Source of the DNA: Candidatus Enterousia sp. | Lineage (GTDB): Bacteria > Pseudomonadota > Alphaproteobacteria > Rs-D84 | NCBI GenBank assembly: GCA_045587125.1 | Contig: JAZNBN010000020.1 | Location: forward strand, 1,796 to 65,795 | Direction of reading: 5' to 3' | DNA length: 64,000 nt | Shown: positions 9,379 to 18,480 of the stretch, piece after piece | Layout of the letters: every line of letters starts with the position of its first letter | How positions within the stretch are numbered: position 1 is the first letter of the stretch | Position numbers and translations under genes: made by a program | Notes under the pieces: generated by a model | The model's database searches: none | Told to the model about the DNA's origin: nothing | Seen by the model: only the letters and a program-made list of their open reading frames with translations

Positions 9379-10509
9379 ATGAAAATCTTTATCATTGCCG
9401 GCGAGGTTTCTGGTGATGTTTTAGGTGGACGTATTATGTCCGAAATGCCAGATGCTGAATTTGTTGGTATTGGCGGCGAAAATATGCAGTCCACAGGATT
9501 GAAAACCCTGTTCCCAATGTCTGATTTGTCTGTTATGGGTATATTAGAGGTTGTTGCACATGCAAAGACACTAACAAAACGTATTAAACAGACTGTGAAT
9601 GCGATTTTAGAAGAAAAGCCAGATATAATTTTAACGATTGATTCCCCTGGTTTCGCCAAAAGTGTTATAAAACAGATTAAAAAATCAGAATCGGGTAAAA
9701 AACTGATAAAACAAGGTTTGCGTTTTCATCATGTTGTTGCCCCCCAGGTTTGGGCATGGCGGTCAGGACGTGCAAAAAAATATGCACGTACGTTTGATAA
9801 ACTGTATGCGTTTTTTGATTTTGAAGTGCCCTATTTTACTAAATATGGATTGGATACGGTTGCGGTTGGTCATCCAATTGCAGATGGTATAATTGGCAGG
9901 TTCAAGGCGACCACAAATGAAGATGCGGAAAAAATAATAACATTGGTCCCAGGCAGCCGTATGTCAGAGGTAAAACGTTTGTTGCCGTTGATGCGTGATG
10001 TTATTGATATGATGTATCGTAATGGATATATGGGGTACAAATTTGTAATTCCTGTGGTGGAAACTACGGCGGAATATATTGCTGGGGAAATAAAAAATTG
10101 GCCTGTTAAGCCAATGTTGGTGCCCGCAAATCAGCGTTACGATGTTTATTCCAAAACCTATGTCGCAATTGTGGCCAGTGGAACTGTGTCCGCTGAGTTA
10201 GCAATGATGCATGTGCCAACGATTGTTGTTTACAAGATGAATCCGATAACAACATGGATTGGGCGTAGATTGATAAAAGTAAAATGGGTTTCTTTGGTAA
10301 ATATTTTATTAAATCGTGGTGTTTATCCTGAATTTTTGGGTGGTGATGCCGTGCCGGAAAAGGTTATGAACGAATTACAATTATTAACTATACCATCTAA
10401 GCGTCAGAAAATGATTGCAGATTTAGAATCTGCAGATATTCTTTGGCAAAAAGATAGTGGTGGTGCAGGCAAGAAAATCGCAATGGAAATACAAAAAATG
10501 CTTAGATAA
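9379..10509 (+). CDS. lpxB: lipid-A-disaccharide synthase
   Basis: N-terminus MKIFIIAGEVSGD and GT19-family pattern throughout. Start chosen at the internal ATG of ORF 9325..10509, which overlaps lpxA by a few nt. Confidence 0.85.
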   Translation: MKIFIIAGEVSGDVLGGRIMSEMPDAEFVGIGGENMQSTGLKTLFPMSDLSVMGILEVVAHAKTLTKRIKQTVNAILEEKPDIILTIDSPGFAKSVIKQIKKSESGKKLIKQGLRFHHVVAPQVWAWRSGRAKKYARTFDKLYAFFDFEVPYFTKYGLDTVAVGHPIADGIIGRFKATTNEDAEKIITLVPGSRMSEVKRLLPLMRDVIDMMYRNGYMGYKFVIPVVETTAEYIAGEIKNWPVKPMLVPANQRYDVYSKTYVAIVASGTVSAELAMMHVPTIVVYKMNPITTWIGRRLIKVKWVSLVNILLNRGVYPEFLGGDAVPEKVMNELQLLTIPSKRQKMIADLESADILWQKDSGGAGKKIAMEIQKMLR

Positions 10510-10528
10510 AAAATCTAAGCATTTTTAA

Positions 10529-12973
10529 TTATTCATCTGTTTTGGTATATATCCCTTGGGGCAATAATGGTGCGGATAATATGGCCTTTTCTGATGTTAA
10601 GCATTTGCCCTTTTTGGTATTGTCCATGAAAATACATACCTGGTTTTCATCAGAAAATCCAATCGCGTCTTTCCATTTTGTATCATAATATATGGTTTCG
10701 CATTTTGTAGATTTACCATTTTGACTGCGACGTGCACCATTTTCCCAACATGAACACATGCCCCATGATTCAATATCTACAGACAGTCCATAATCACGTG
10801 GACACATGTTTTCGTTTGTCTTATCATCTGACTGGAATATGCCATATGTACTGATGATTTCTTTATGTTCATTTTTGGTACTTACTGTATAGATACATTT
10901 ATTATCTGGGTTATAATTGCCAGATATAAATTGTGGTTCAATAAAACGACCCTGCAGGTTATTACATTGTGTTGATAATACAGACAGGATTTGATTATAT
11001 ATTTCTGTTGCAATACCTGTTGGACGTAGGTAACGTTGGTTGAATGATAATGATGTATCGTCATTTAAAATACCGTATTTAAGTTGACCTGTTGAGTTGT
11101 AACTTAAACTGTCACCGGTACCCGAGACAGGGACTTTGTCAAGACCACCAAACGTCTGTTCTATTATATCCTTGCATGCTTCTATATTGTCTAATTGTTT
11201 CGCACATGGAGAAGTAATATTTTTTATTTGTTGTCCGGATTCTTCTGTGTATGTGTACAATGTGAACCAATCTGGGGCATTGCCAGGCAGGAAAAGTCCA
11301 CTGTATGGGTAATAAAAATTCTCGTAATTGGTACCGCCGTATTTATCAAAGCATTGTTGTGCAACCGCACGGCATGCGGTTAAATTATCAGTTTCCGTTT
11401 GGGTGTTAATGTATTCTGCGATGATGTCGCCAGCAAACAGATTGTTGCAAGAATCTACATAATCTGTGCACATTTGTGTACTAAGTTTTATTTGTTCTGG
11501 TTTGATAACAATGTTATTATTACCCGTCAAAGTAGCCATTGCGTTTGTTATGGCTTTGTTACTGTTTATATAGCAATTGGATACAAAGTCAAAACATCCC
11601 TGTTTAATTTCGGCAACTTTATCTTTTTGTGCGTAATATATATCCAACATCGCTTTGTCCAGATATTCAGCCCATACATAATCTGCATTTTCTGTACACT
11701 TATCCAATGCGGGTTCTGCAAACTTTTTAACACGACTTTCAAAATTAGAAACGAATGTTCTGTTGCCACTGATTTTAGATAGTTGTTGATTTTGTAAATC
11801 TTTATCGGTACTGAATGTTAACAATTTTTCCAGATTGTAAAAATCTTTGACACCTGCGATTGGGGCACCGGTTGTTATATCTATGTATTCGCCATTGTCA
11901 AGACATCTGTGATAATTTGCACCACAGACTTCTTCACTAAGTATTGCCATTTCAACTTCGTTTATACACGTTGTTATATCAGAAGAGTTATGTTTTTTTC
12001 TGTTTTCTACACGTGCTAAATCCAACATGGCACTGCCCTCGCGGATGGCGGATTTTAATTGTTTTTGTGTCGTTTCAATTGCAGTTTGAACCGTGTTGCA
12101 ATCTTGTTCAACCGCCATCAGATATGCAGTAATGGCACGTTGTAATGATGCGTCGCTGCAGACATCTTTGACCGCCTGACGACATTGTGGGTATACCGCT
12201 TGATATAATGCCTGGCCATTATATGTTGCGATTACTTGACCGGAATCCGTCATCCCAAATGCATTCGCGGTATCAAAAGATATATTTATACTGTTTAAAT
12301 CAGAATATTTACCGCCAACATTTGTGTCTTCGCCACGTATGGAATTCATGATTGCCTGTAATAACGCCTTGGATGCGGATTTATCAGATGTTAACGCGGC
12401 TTCGCCTTCGGATTCTTGACGCATTGCAGATGCCTGGGCATATGTCATGCCGACAACTTCCAGATTTTCATTGAACGCTTGTAATTGGGTATTTGCATCC
12501 TGTAAAGTATCGCGCATTTTTATCATGTCAAATACGCGATCGTTACAAGAGCAACGACGATAATCGTCATTTTTTAACGTGCAAAATTGATCCATACATG
12601 TAAAATACGCGGTTTTGCATTGTTCATATGCGGCACCTGTTTTTGTTGTTGGTGTTGTATTGTCGGTTGTTGCACGTGCCTTGATTTTTTGTTGTGTTTG
12701 ATTTTGTTTTATTGCACTGCGTTCATTTATGTTTCGGTTGGGTTGTTTTTTATTGATTGCACGAACATTGGTTTCCGGCCCAATGGATGCACTGCGTGGT
12801 GTTAATATCGTTGCGTTTCTGGATGAAACAGATGTGCGTTTTTGCACAGAAGATACGCGGCTTTGTTGTTGTGGTTTTGCGGTTCTGGATAATGCGTTGC
12901 CATCACGGACCGCTGCATCGGCAATGCCGATACAGAACAAGAAATTCGCAATATAAACAAGAATTTTCTTCAT
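10529..12973 (-). CDS. secreted cysteine-rich protein, paralogue A of a lineage-specific ~810-aa family (CMDQFC...YRRC core)
   Basis: Signal peptide MKKILVYIANFLFCIGIADA, then a basic Ser/Thr/Asn-rich low-complexity segment, then a ~650-aa Cys-rich domain. Alignable by eye along its length with the 44653..47091 product. Confidence 0.7.
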   Translation of the reverse strand: MKKILVYIANFLFCIGIADAAVRDGNALSRTAKPQQQSRVSSVQKRTSVSSRNATILTPRSASIGPETNVRAINKKQPNRNINERSAIKQNQTQQKIKARATTDNTTPTTKTGAAYEQCKTAYFTCMDQFCTLKNDDYRRCSCNDRVFDMIKMRDTLQDANTQLQAFNENLEVVGMTYAQASAMRQESEGEAALTSDKSASKALLQAIMNSIRGEDTNVGGKYSDLNSINISFDTANAFGMTDSGQVIATYNGQALYQAVYPQCRQAVKDVCSDASLQRAITAYLMAVEQDCNTVQTAIETTQKQLKSAIREGSAMLDLARVENRKKHNSSDITTCINEVEMAILSEEVCGANYHRCLDNGEYIDITTGAPIAGVKDFYNLEKLLTFSTDKDLQNQQLSKISGNRTFVSNFESRVKKFAEPALDKCTENADYVWAEYLDKAMLDIYYAQKDKVAEIKQGCFDFVSNCYINSNKAITNAMATLTGNNNIVIKPEQIKLSTQMCTDYVDSCNNLFAGDIIAEYINTQTETDNLTACRAVAQQCFDKYGGTNYENFYYPYSGLFLPGNAPDWFTLYTYTEESGQQIKNITSPCAKQLDNIEACKDIIEQTFGGLDKVPVSGTGDSLSYNSTGQLKYGILNDDTSLSFNQRYLRPTGIATEIYNQILSVLSTQCNNLQGRFIEPQFISGNYNPDNKCIYTVSTKNEHKEIISTYGIFQSDDKTNENMCPRDYGLSVDIESWGMCSCWENGARRSQNGKSTKCETIYYDTKWKDAIGFSDENQVCIFMDNTKKGKCLTSEKAILSAPLLPQGIYTKTDE

Positions 12974-13108
12974 CTCTGGGTTAATCTTAGCAAAATTGTA
13001 AAATACGGTGCAAGTGAATAATAGGGTTAAAAAATAAAATTTATATGCATAAATAAATTTTTCTTGTTGCAATTATGTTGAAATTGGGTTATATTTCTTT
13101 GGCTTTAT

Positions 13109-13195
13109 GGGCATATGGCGGAATTGGTAGACGCGCTAGTTTCAGGTACTAGTGGTAGCGATACCTTGGAAGTTCGAGTCTTCTTATGCCCACCA
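13109..13195 (+). tRNA. tRNA-Leu (anticodon CAG)
   Basis: Cloverleaf with acceptor GGGCATA/TATGCCC, long variable arm, anticodon loop TTCAGGT, T-loop GTTCGAGTC, encoded CCA. Confidence 0.8.
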
Positions 13196-13205
13196 GAAGT
13201 TTTTT

Positions 13206-13281
13206 GGGGTTGTAGCTCAGCTGATAGAGCGCTACGTTCGCATCGTAGAGGTCGTGGGTTTGAGTCCCATCAGCTCCACCA
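13206..13281 (+). tRNA. tRNA-Ala (anticodon CGC)
   Basis: GGGGTTGTAGCTCAGC...; G3:U70 Ala identity pair; anticodon loop TTCGCAT; T-loop TTTGAGT; encoded CCA. Confidence 0.8.
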
Positions 13282-13301
13282 ATTTTGATAAAAAAGTCTT
13301 C

Positions 13302-13388
13302 GGGGATATGGCGGAATGGTAGACGCTGAGGACTTAAAATCCTTTGGTCATTGCGACCGTGTGGGTTCGAGTCCCACTATCCCCACCA
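13302..13388 (+). tRNA. tRNA-Leu (anticodon TAA)
   Basis: GGGGATATGGCGGAATGGTAGACGC..., long variable arm, anticodon loop CTTAAAA, T-loop GTTCGAGTC, encoded CCA. Confidence 0.8.
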
Positions 13389-13392
13389 GAAA

Positions 13393-13421
13393 TTAAAAAT
13401 GCCCGAATGGGCATTTTTTTA
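13393..13421. terminator. bidirectional rho-independent terminator after the tRNA cluster
   Basis: Hairpin ATGCCCGaatGGGCAT followed by T-run. Confidence 0.6.
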
Positions 13422-14546
13422 CTTGGTATGTTTCATATGTTGTTGCATAACCATTTTTTTGATTTTTGGATTCAGTTCATATACGCCACTTTTTTCCAAG
13501 AATTCAAACAGGTAATCGCGTCTTAGGTATAAGGTGATTTTTGGACCGCGTCTTTTATATTCAATCGCACCCGCAGGTAATTTAGATTGCATTTCTTTAA
13601 ACAATTGTGGCATTTGGCGAACATGGGTATGAAACATTTCTTCTATTTCACGTGCAGCAATCCAATTTTTATCGTCTTTGGTGTCGTATATATACAGACC
13701 TGTTATTGCACAAAAATCGTTCATGTATTCTTGATTCAGGCACAGGTGTGTTTTTGGACCGCTTTTTCTGAATTCAATTGCACCATTGGGCATTTGACTG
13801 CGCAGTTCGTGCAACATTGTTGGCAGATTGTTTAGTCTACGCTTTGTTTTTTGTCGGATTTCTTTGGCAGACAGCCAATTGTTATCTTTTTTTGGGATGG
13901 TTTGCAGTTTCGCAGCGGTTACAAAATCTTGAAGATAATCTTTGTGTAGGTATATTGTTGTAACTTTACCGCAAAGTCTTTTTTGTAATATAGATTTTGG
14001 TAATGTACCCTGGGTATACAAATCATTTAATATAGATGGTATTTTGTCATGTCTTATATGTAATTGTTGGGCGATTTCATGACTGTTTAGCCATTCTGGC
14101 GTTTTTAGAATTGATTTTTGTATTCCGGCGATTTCACAAAACATATCCAAGAAGTCTTTGTGTAAAACAAGTATATATTTGTTTGTATGTTTTTGTAATT
14201 GAATTGCACCTGGGGGCATTGTATGTTGGTATTGTGTTAATAATCCATATATTTGGCTGTGGTGTGAATGTAATATGTGGGCAATGTTCGTTGCGGTTAA
14301 GTAATTAGAATCAGCGGTAAAAGATTTTGATATTTGTGCCAGTTTGCAAAATTGTGGCAAATATTTGCGTTTCAGAATTAATATGCGGGGACCACAACGT
14401 CCAATCGGAGACAGTGTTGTTGCGTCCGGTGGTAACATGTCTTTGAAATGGCGTAATTTATCACGTACAGTGCGTGCACGGATGTTGAACATTTTTGATA
14501 TTGTATCAGGAAAAATGAAAGTATCATTGTTTTCCATGTTTTTCAT
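13419..14546 (-). CDS. protein built of five tandem ~65-aa excisionase/MerR-like (HTH_17-like) repeats; putative DNA-binding protein
   Basis: Five repeats with spacing W(L/I)xAxEI...LPxGAI(E/Q)xxKxGPKxxLxLxx(D/E)Y(L/M)xDF. The repeat tail resembles excisionase-type HTH (LPAxKIGxRWRIxxxDLxxFL). The ORF extends to 14567 with a TTG start; the ATG at 14546 is more plausible. Confidence 0.6.
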   Translation of the reverse strand: MKNMENNDTFIFPDTISKMFNIRARTVRDKLRHFKDMLPPDATTLSPIGRCGPRILILKRKYLPQFCKLAQISKSFTADSNYLTATNIAHILHSHHSQIYGLLTQYQHTMPPGAIQLQKHTNKYILVLHKDFLDMFCEIAGIQKSILKTPEWLNSHEIAQQLHIRHDKIPSILNDLYTQGTLPKSILQKRLCGKVTTIYLHKDYLQDFVTAAKLQTIPKKDNNWLSAKEIRQKTKRRLNNLPTMLHELRSQMPNGAIEFRKSGPKTHLCLNQEYMNDFCAITGLYIYDTKDDKNWIAAREIEEMFHTHVRQMPQLFKEMQSKLPAGAIEYKRRGPKITLYLRRDYLFEFLEKSGVYELNPKIKKMVMQQHMKHTK

Positions 14547-14560
14547 GTTTAGTCCTTTTG

Positions 14561-14595
14561 TTGACAAATTATAATGTAAAACTATCGTTTGTCAA
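14561..14595 (-). promoter_or_regulatory. consensus sigma70-type promoter (TTGACA-N16-TATAAT, minus strand) bracketed by an 8-bp inverted repeat TTGACAAA...TTTGTCAA
   Basis: Minus-strand read TTGACAAACGATAGTTTTACATTATAATTTGTCAA lies just upstream of the start of the HTH-repeat gene. The inverted repeat spans -35 through +1. Confidence 0.5.
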
Positions 14596-14675
14596 TATGT
14601 ATTGTTGATAAAAAATAATGCTAGATAGATATATCATTTTGTGGTATAATGTAGTGCGTAAAGGAATGTAGAAAA

Positions 14676-15029
14676 ATGAAAAATATCGTGAAATTTTTAT
14701 TCTTTTCGGTTATTTTTATAGGGGTATCAGGTCCCACAATGGCAGAGGATACAACTGTACCTGCGGTTGTTGAAACAGAAACGGAAACAGAAACAGTGGT
14801 TGGGGATGTTCTGACGGTTACCAGTCAGGATTACGTTGACACATTGTTTGAAGAAACACATAGTGCGGCAAATATTACCAGGGATACATTGGATACGGCA
14901 CGTTTGAATGTCGGACGTGAGGCAAATACTGTTGCCGCCGGTGATGATGGACGTTTTGATACAATGGTAATTGGTCAGCCTGATAAAGAGGCAGAAGAAG
15001 GTCGTGTGTTGGTATGGGTTGAACCATAA
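14676..15029 (+). CDS. small secreted acidic protein, unknown function
   Basis: Signal peptide (MKNIVKFLFFSVIFIGVSGPTMA), ETETETET repeat. Preceded by extended -10 TGGTATAAT and an AAGGA ribosome-binding site. Confidence 0.5.
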   Translation: MKNIVKFLFFSVIFIGVSGPTMAEDTTVPAVVETETETETVVGDVLTVTSQDYVDTLFEETHSAANITRDTLDTARLNVGREANTVAAGDDGRFDTMVIGQPDKEAEEGRVLVWVEP

Positions 15030-15044
15030 AGACAAAAGGGTTTA

Positions 15045-15078
15045 TAAAAAACGTCTGATTGTATCAGACGTTTTTTTG
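15045..15078. terminator. bidirectional rho-independent terminator
   Basis: Hairpin AACGTCTGATtgtATCAGACGTT followed by T-run. Confidence 0.6.
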
Positions 15079-15091
15079 TTATATTAATTTT

Positions 15092-15409
15092 TTATCGCAA
15101 TCCTTTTGATCGACAACATCCAGATGCGGCGGCACGCCAATCAGAATATTCTTTGTTTGGGTTACGCAGGTCACGCCATGGTTGCCAACCACTGCAACGT
15201 TTGTTTGAACCTGTGCCAGAACATTTTGCATAACGACGCAGTGAACATGTTTGATTTGAAACTTTGCCTGTATCGGTTGTGCATTTTACAACAACATTTT
15301 GATTTTTTGCATCATTTTTACCCAATTCTTTGGACGATAAAACCTGATACGCGTTTGCGGTGCAAATTGTGCTGGTAGCCATAATAATTGCAAGTAGTAT
15401 TTTTTTCAT
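15092..15409 (-). CDS. small secreted cysteine-rich protein (105 aa), unknown function
   Basis: Signal peptide MKKILLAIIMATSTICTANA and 8 Cys in about 85 mature residues. Confidence 0.5.
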   Translation of the reverse strand: MKKILLAIIMATSTICTANAYQVLSSKELGKNDAKNQNVVVKCTTDTGKVSNQTCSLRRYAKCSGTGSNKRCSGWQPWRDLRNPNKEYSDWRAAASGCCRSKGLR

Positions 15410-15475
15410 ATTGGTGCCCCCTGCTTTGATTTCATAACTATTATAAAAAAATATCAGATAAAAAACAATGGGATT

Positions 15476-17140
15476 TTATTGGGGGTTGGTTGACCATGGT
15501 ATATCGTTCATAATCAGATAATATAATTCCGCATTATCTTGGCCTGGGTTACGTAATACGGGGCGTACAACAAATATATCGACATTACATGGTGTGTTTG
15601 TATTATCTTGGACTTCGGTTAAATCCTCATAAAACTTAGCAGCAAAATCCATGACTTGCAGATATGCGGCGTCGTCGTCGGTTGCATTGGTTGAATTGCC
15701 CATCCACATTAGCCACATACCATAATTTATGGTATCTTCTTGGCCAGCAATATCGTCTGCGGACAGCAATAACAAAGGCTTAAAATCGACACCACTGGTA
15801 AATTCGTCGGTACTGGTTTCTGTAAAGTCCCAAAACAGACCGCCAATTGTGCCCAATGCACCAAATGCCAGACTGCCTATGGTTTCTAATTTTGCCAATG
15901 CACCTGCATTTCTTAGTGTAGAATGAAACAGGTAATCACGAATTTGACCGGACAGTTTACTGCTGCGTCCCAGTTTGGCCGCTTTGTTTATTAATTTATT
16001 TCCTGAAAATGCTGCTTTGACACCCTTGCCTACACGTACAGTGCGTGCAAATATGTTTCCACGTTGTGCGATTTTGTGTAACGAGTTTACGCCACGCAGT
16101 TCATGTCTATATTTGTTTAATTCAGAATATGTTTTACTGGCTTCTTTATATTTTTTTACATCATCACTGTTTTCCAGTGTTTTTAATGTATCGTTTATTT
16201 TATTCAGTTCACGTTGTTTGTCTGCGATTTTTGCTGCGTCTTTTACTTTATCTAATGTTTTTATTTCATCGGCTAATTTAGCAGCTTGTCCGGATATCTT
16301 TATGTGATCACGGACAGCGTCAACGTTACGAAGTTGTTTTAATGTGGTTCGTAGACCTTTTAATGCACGTGCGGCACGTGGCGCCTTGGTGGCCCCCAAT
16401 ACAACTGTGCCAGTCCCAGCTGTTAATACAGTGATGGCGACATCCAGTGCTATTTCTGCATATCCAACCCATTCCAGGTTTTTATTGCCTGCAACGTAGT
16501 AATCGTTGGAATCATCTTTGATACTGACTGTTTGTATCATTGCACGATTTATTGCGTCTCCGTCACCTGTCCAGGCAGTTTCACTGGTGCAACTTAGACC
16601 ACGCGGATAAAAACTGTCGAAATTATCATTTATATATTTCATTGAAATTGTGTTGTTTTTATCAGGACCAACAAATTCATCCAGTGTGCCTGATTCAACA
16701 ACCATAATACCGTACCATGCAGGATCTGTATTTGTCCAAACAGTATCGCCATCTTCACCAATTTTTGGGTTGGGGTCACTGGACGGCAGACTTCGTTTTT
16801 GTCCCAATGTCAGCCGTTGTTTTAGAATTTTTGGTTGTGTTTCGTAATTTACAATTATTTCACGACCACCTGGGAAAGTGTATTTTATTGGTGCGAATTT
16901 AATTGTTTCTGTTTCCGGAACAGATGATATTTCTGGACAATTTAAAACCGATGATAAAACTTTGTGATTGTAAAAAGTTTTATATATCCATTCTTTGATT
17001 ACGTCTGGTTCGTCTTGTTCGGTAACTGTGTCGGCTGTTTGTGCCAAAGCGTTCGCAAAAATCTGTGAGGCACAAGGTGTGGCATTTGCGTTTGTAAATA
17101 TCATCAGAAAAAAAACAAAAAATATTAAATTTTTTTTCAT
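15476..17140 (-). CDS. secreted protein with central coiled-coil and glycine-zipper-like hydrophobic segments, unknown function
   Basis: Signal peptide MKKNLIFFVFFLMIFTNANA. Segments AITVLTAGTGTVVLGATKA and SLAFGALGTIGGLFW. Lys-rich coiled-coil. Confidence 0.6.
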   Translation of the reverse strand: MKKNLIFFVFFLMIFTNANATPCASQIFANALAQTADTVTEQDEPDVIKEWIYKTFYNHKVLSSVLNCPEISSVPETETIKFAPIKYTFPGGREIIVNYETQPKILKQRLTLGQKRSLPSSDPNPKIGEDGDTVWTNTDPAWYGIMVVESGTLDEFVGPDKNNTISMKYINDNFDSFYPRGLSCTSETAWTGDGDAINRAMIQTVSIKDDSNDYYVAGNKNLEWVGYAEIALDVAITVLTAGTGTVVLGATKAPRAARALKGLRTTLKQLRNVDAVRDHIKISGQAAKLADEIKTLDKVKDAAKIADKQRELNKINDTLKTLENSDDVKKYKEASKTYSELNKYRHELRGVNSLHKIAQRGNIFARTVRVGKGVKAAFSGNKLINKAAKLGRSSKLSGQIRDYLFHSTLRNAGALAKLETIGSLAFGALGTIGGLFWDFTETSTDEFTSGVDFKPLLLLSADDIAGQEDTINYGMWLMWMGNSTNATDDDAAYLQVMDFAAKFYEDLTEVQDNTNTPCNVDIFVVRPVLRNPGQDNAELYYLIMNDIPWSTNPQ

Positions 17141-18480
17141 TGTATTAAACTGTCGCATTGTTGTTGCAAAATAGTTATTTCATTTTGAATGCGTTGTATT
17201 AATGCAGGGTATGGGTCGTTTGGAACAGAACTGTCCCCGTTTATTAGACGCCAATTATAGCAAAAATTTTGTGTGTCTGGGATATATTCCACATATGCAT
17301 TTGCAGGTGGTTCACCGTTACAATATCTGGTGACGCATTCTGGCGCCCATGCATCATCTTTCCATAATCCATCCCACCATGATGCAGGTTTGTCCGAACC
17401 ACCCTGTAAACATTGACGAACCCCCGGACGTTTTACAGTCATTTTGCCATCTGATGATTCAACACCACAAAACATATATTCACCTATTTGTGCCTGGCGT
17501 TGACCCTTGTTAAAGGCGGTATTACAACATGTAAATAGACCAGTTTCTGGATCGTGCAAACAATCTGTTTCCGAGAATAATTGTGAACCTGCGATTACTG
17601 TACCAAGGACTGTGCCAACAATTGCACCAACACCATTACCAATTACAGGTACAGCGGTACCAATTGCCATACCTGTTGTTAAACCGCCAACTGCACCTGC
17701 AAAAAGATTGCCTACGCTGTGTTTGTCTTTGCCTGTGACGGTAGAGGCAACAGTCAAAACGCCCCCAACCCCTGCAACAGCTGTACCAACTTTTGCGGCT
17801 GTACTCATACCTTTCCAACCCTGGGGTGTAGTGTTTGCAGGTGCCTGATTAGTTGATTGGTTTGTGCCAGCACCTGTTTGAGTTGCAGCTTGATTCGTAC
17901 CTGCGCCCGTTTGAGTCGCTGCTTGATTTGTACCTGCACCCGTTTGAGTCGCTGCTTGATTCGTACCAGCACCTGTTTGAGTCGCTGCTTGATTCGTACC
18001 TGCGCCAGTATTTGTCCCATTTGGTGGTGTTGCTGATGACGGTGTTGTTCCACTTGGAAATGCTGTGCCGGATGTCGTAACATTAGGAGTTGTTGGTGTT
18101 GGCGCAGATGTTGTGGCAAATTGATTCGTACCTGCGCCAGTATTTGTACCATTTGGTGGTGTTGCTGATGACGTTGTTGTCCAACTTGGAAATGCTGTGC
18201 CGGATGTCGTAACATTAGGAGTTGTTGATGTTGGCGCAGATGTTGTGGCAAATGGTGTAATTGGAATTGGTGTAGAAGTTGGTGGCATATTTCTGATGTG
18301 GTCTGGCATTCCTGTGGTGCTAACGAATTGACCATTTACTGCGTTACGAAATCTGTTGTCTGGTGTTCTTATCAGTTGTACATCTGGATCATTCCATGCG
18401 GCACATAATGCGCTGTTTGTTGTCATCGCAACAAAACAAGAAAGCGCAATATTAAAAAGAAGATATTTTTTGTGTATCAT
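17137..18480 (-). CDS. secreted Thr/Pro-rich repeat protein with Gly-rich hydrophobic region and Cys-rich C-terminal domain
   Basis: Signal peptide. Tandem peptide repeats (QAATQTGAGTN x5 and a ~43-aa unit x2). GxxxG-rich segment AVGGLTTGMAIGTAVPVIGNGVGAIVGTVLG. C-terminal domain with about 10 Cys. Overlaps flanking genes by 4 nt. Confidence 0.6.
   Translation of the reverse strand: MIHKKYLLFNIALSCFVAMTTNSALCAAWNDPDVQLIRTPDNRFRNAVNGQFVSTTGMPDHIRNMPPTSTPIPITPFATTSAPTSTTPNVTTSGTAFPSWTTTSSATPPNGTNTGAGTNQFATTSAPTPTTPNVTTSGTAFPSGTTPSSATPPNGTNTGAGTNQAATQTGAGTNQAATQTGAGTNQAATQTGAGTNQAATQTGAGTNQSTNQAPANTTPQGWKGMSTAAKVGTAVAGVGGVLTVASTVTGKDKHSVGNLFAGAVGGLTTGMAIGTAVPVIGNGVGAIVGTVLGTVIAGSQLFSETDCLHDPETGLFTCCNTAFNKGQRQAQIGEYMFCGVESSDGKMTVKRPGVRQCLQGGSDKPASWWDGLWKDDAWAPECVTRYCNGEPPANAYVEYIPDTQNFCYNWRLINGDSSVPNDPYPALIQRIQNEITILQQQCDSLIQ
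17861..18250. repeat. nested in-frame tandem DNA repeats (about 33 bp x5 followed by about 130 bp x2) inside the Thr/Pro-rich gene
   Basis: Direct repeats visible in the sequence (e.g. cctgtttgagtcgctgcttgattcgtacctgcgcc recurring). The second block is duplicated nearly identically at about 17998 and 18128. Confidence 0.75.

Noticed and set aside
8565-10509. lpxA-lpxB without the usual upstream fabZ/lpxD
   Set aside because: Gene-order variation only; both genes are intact and canonical, so not flagged as a finding.
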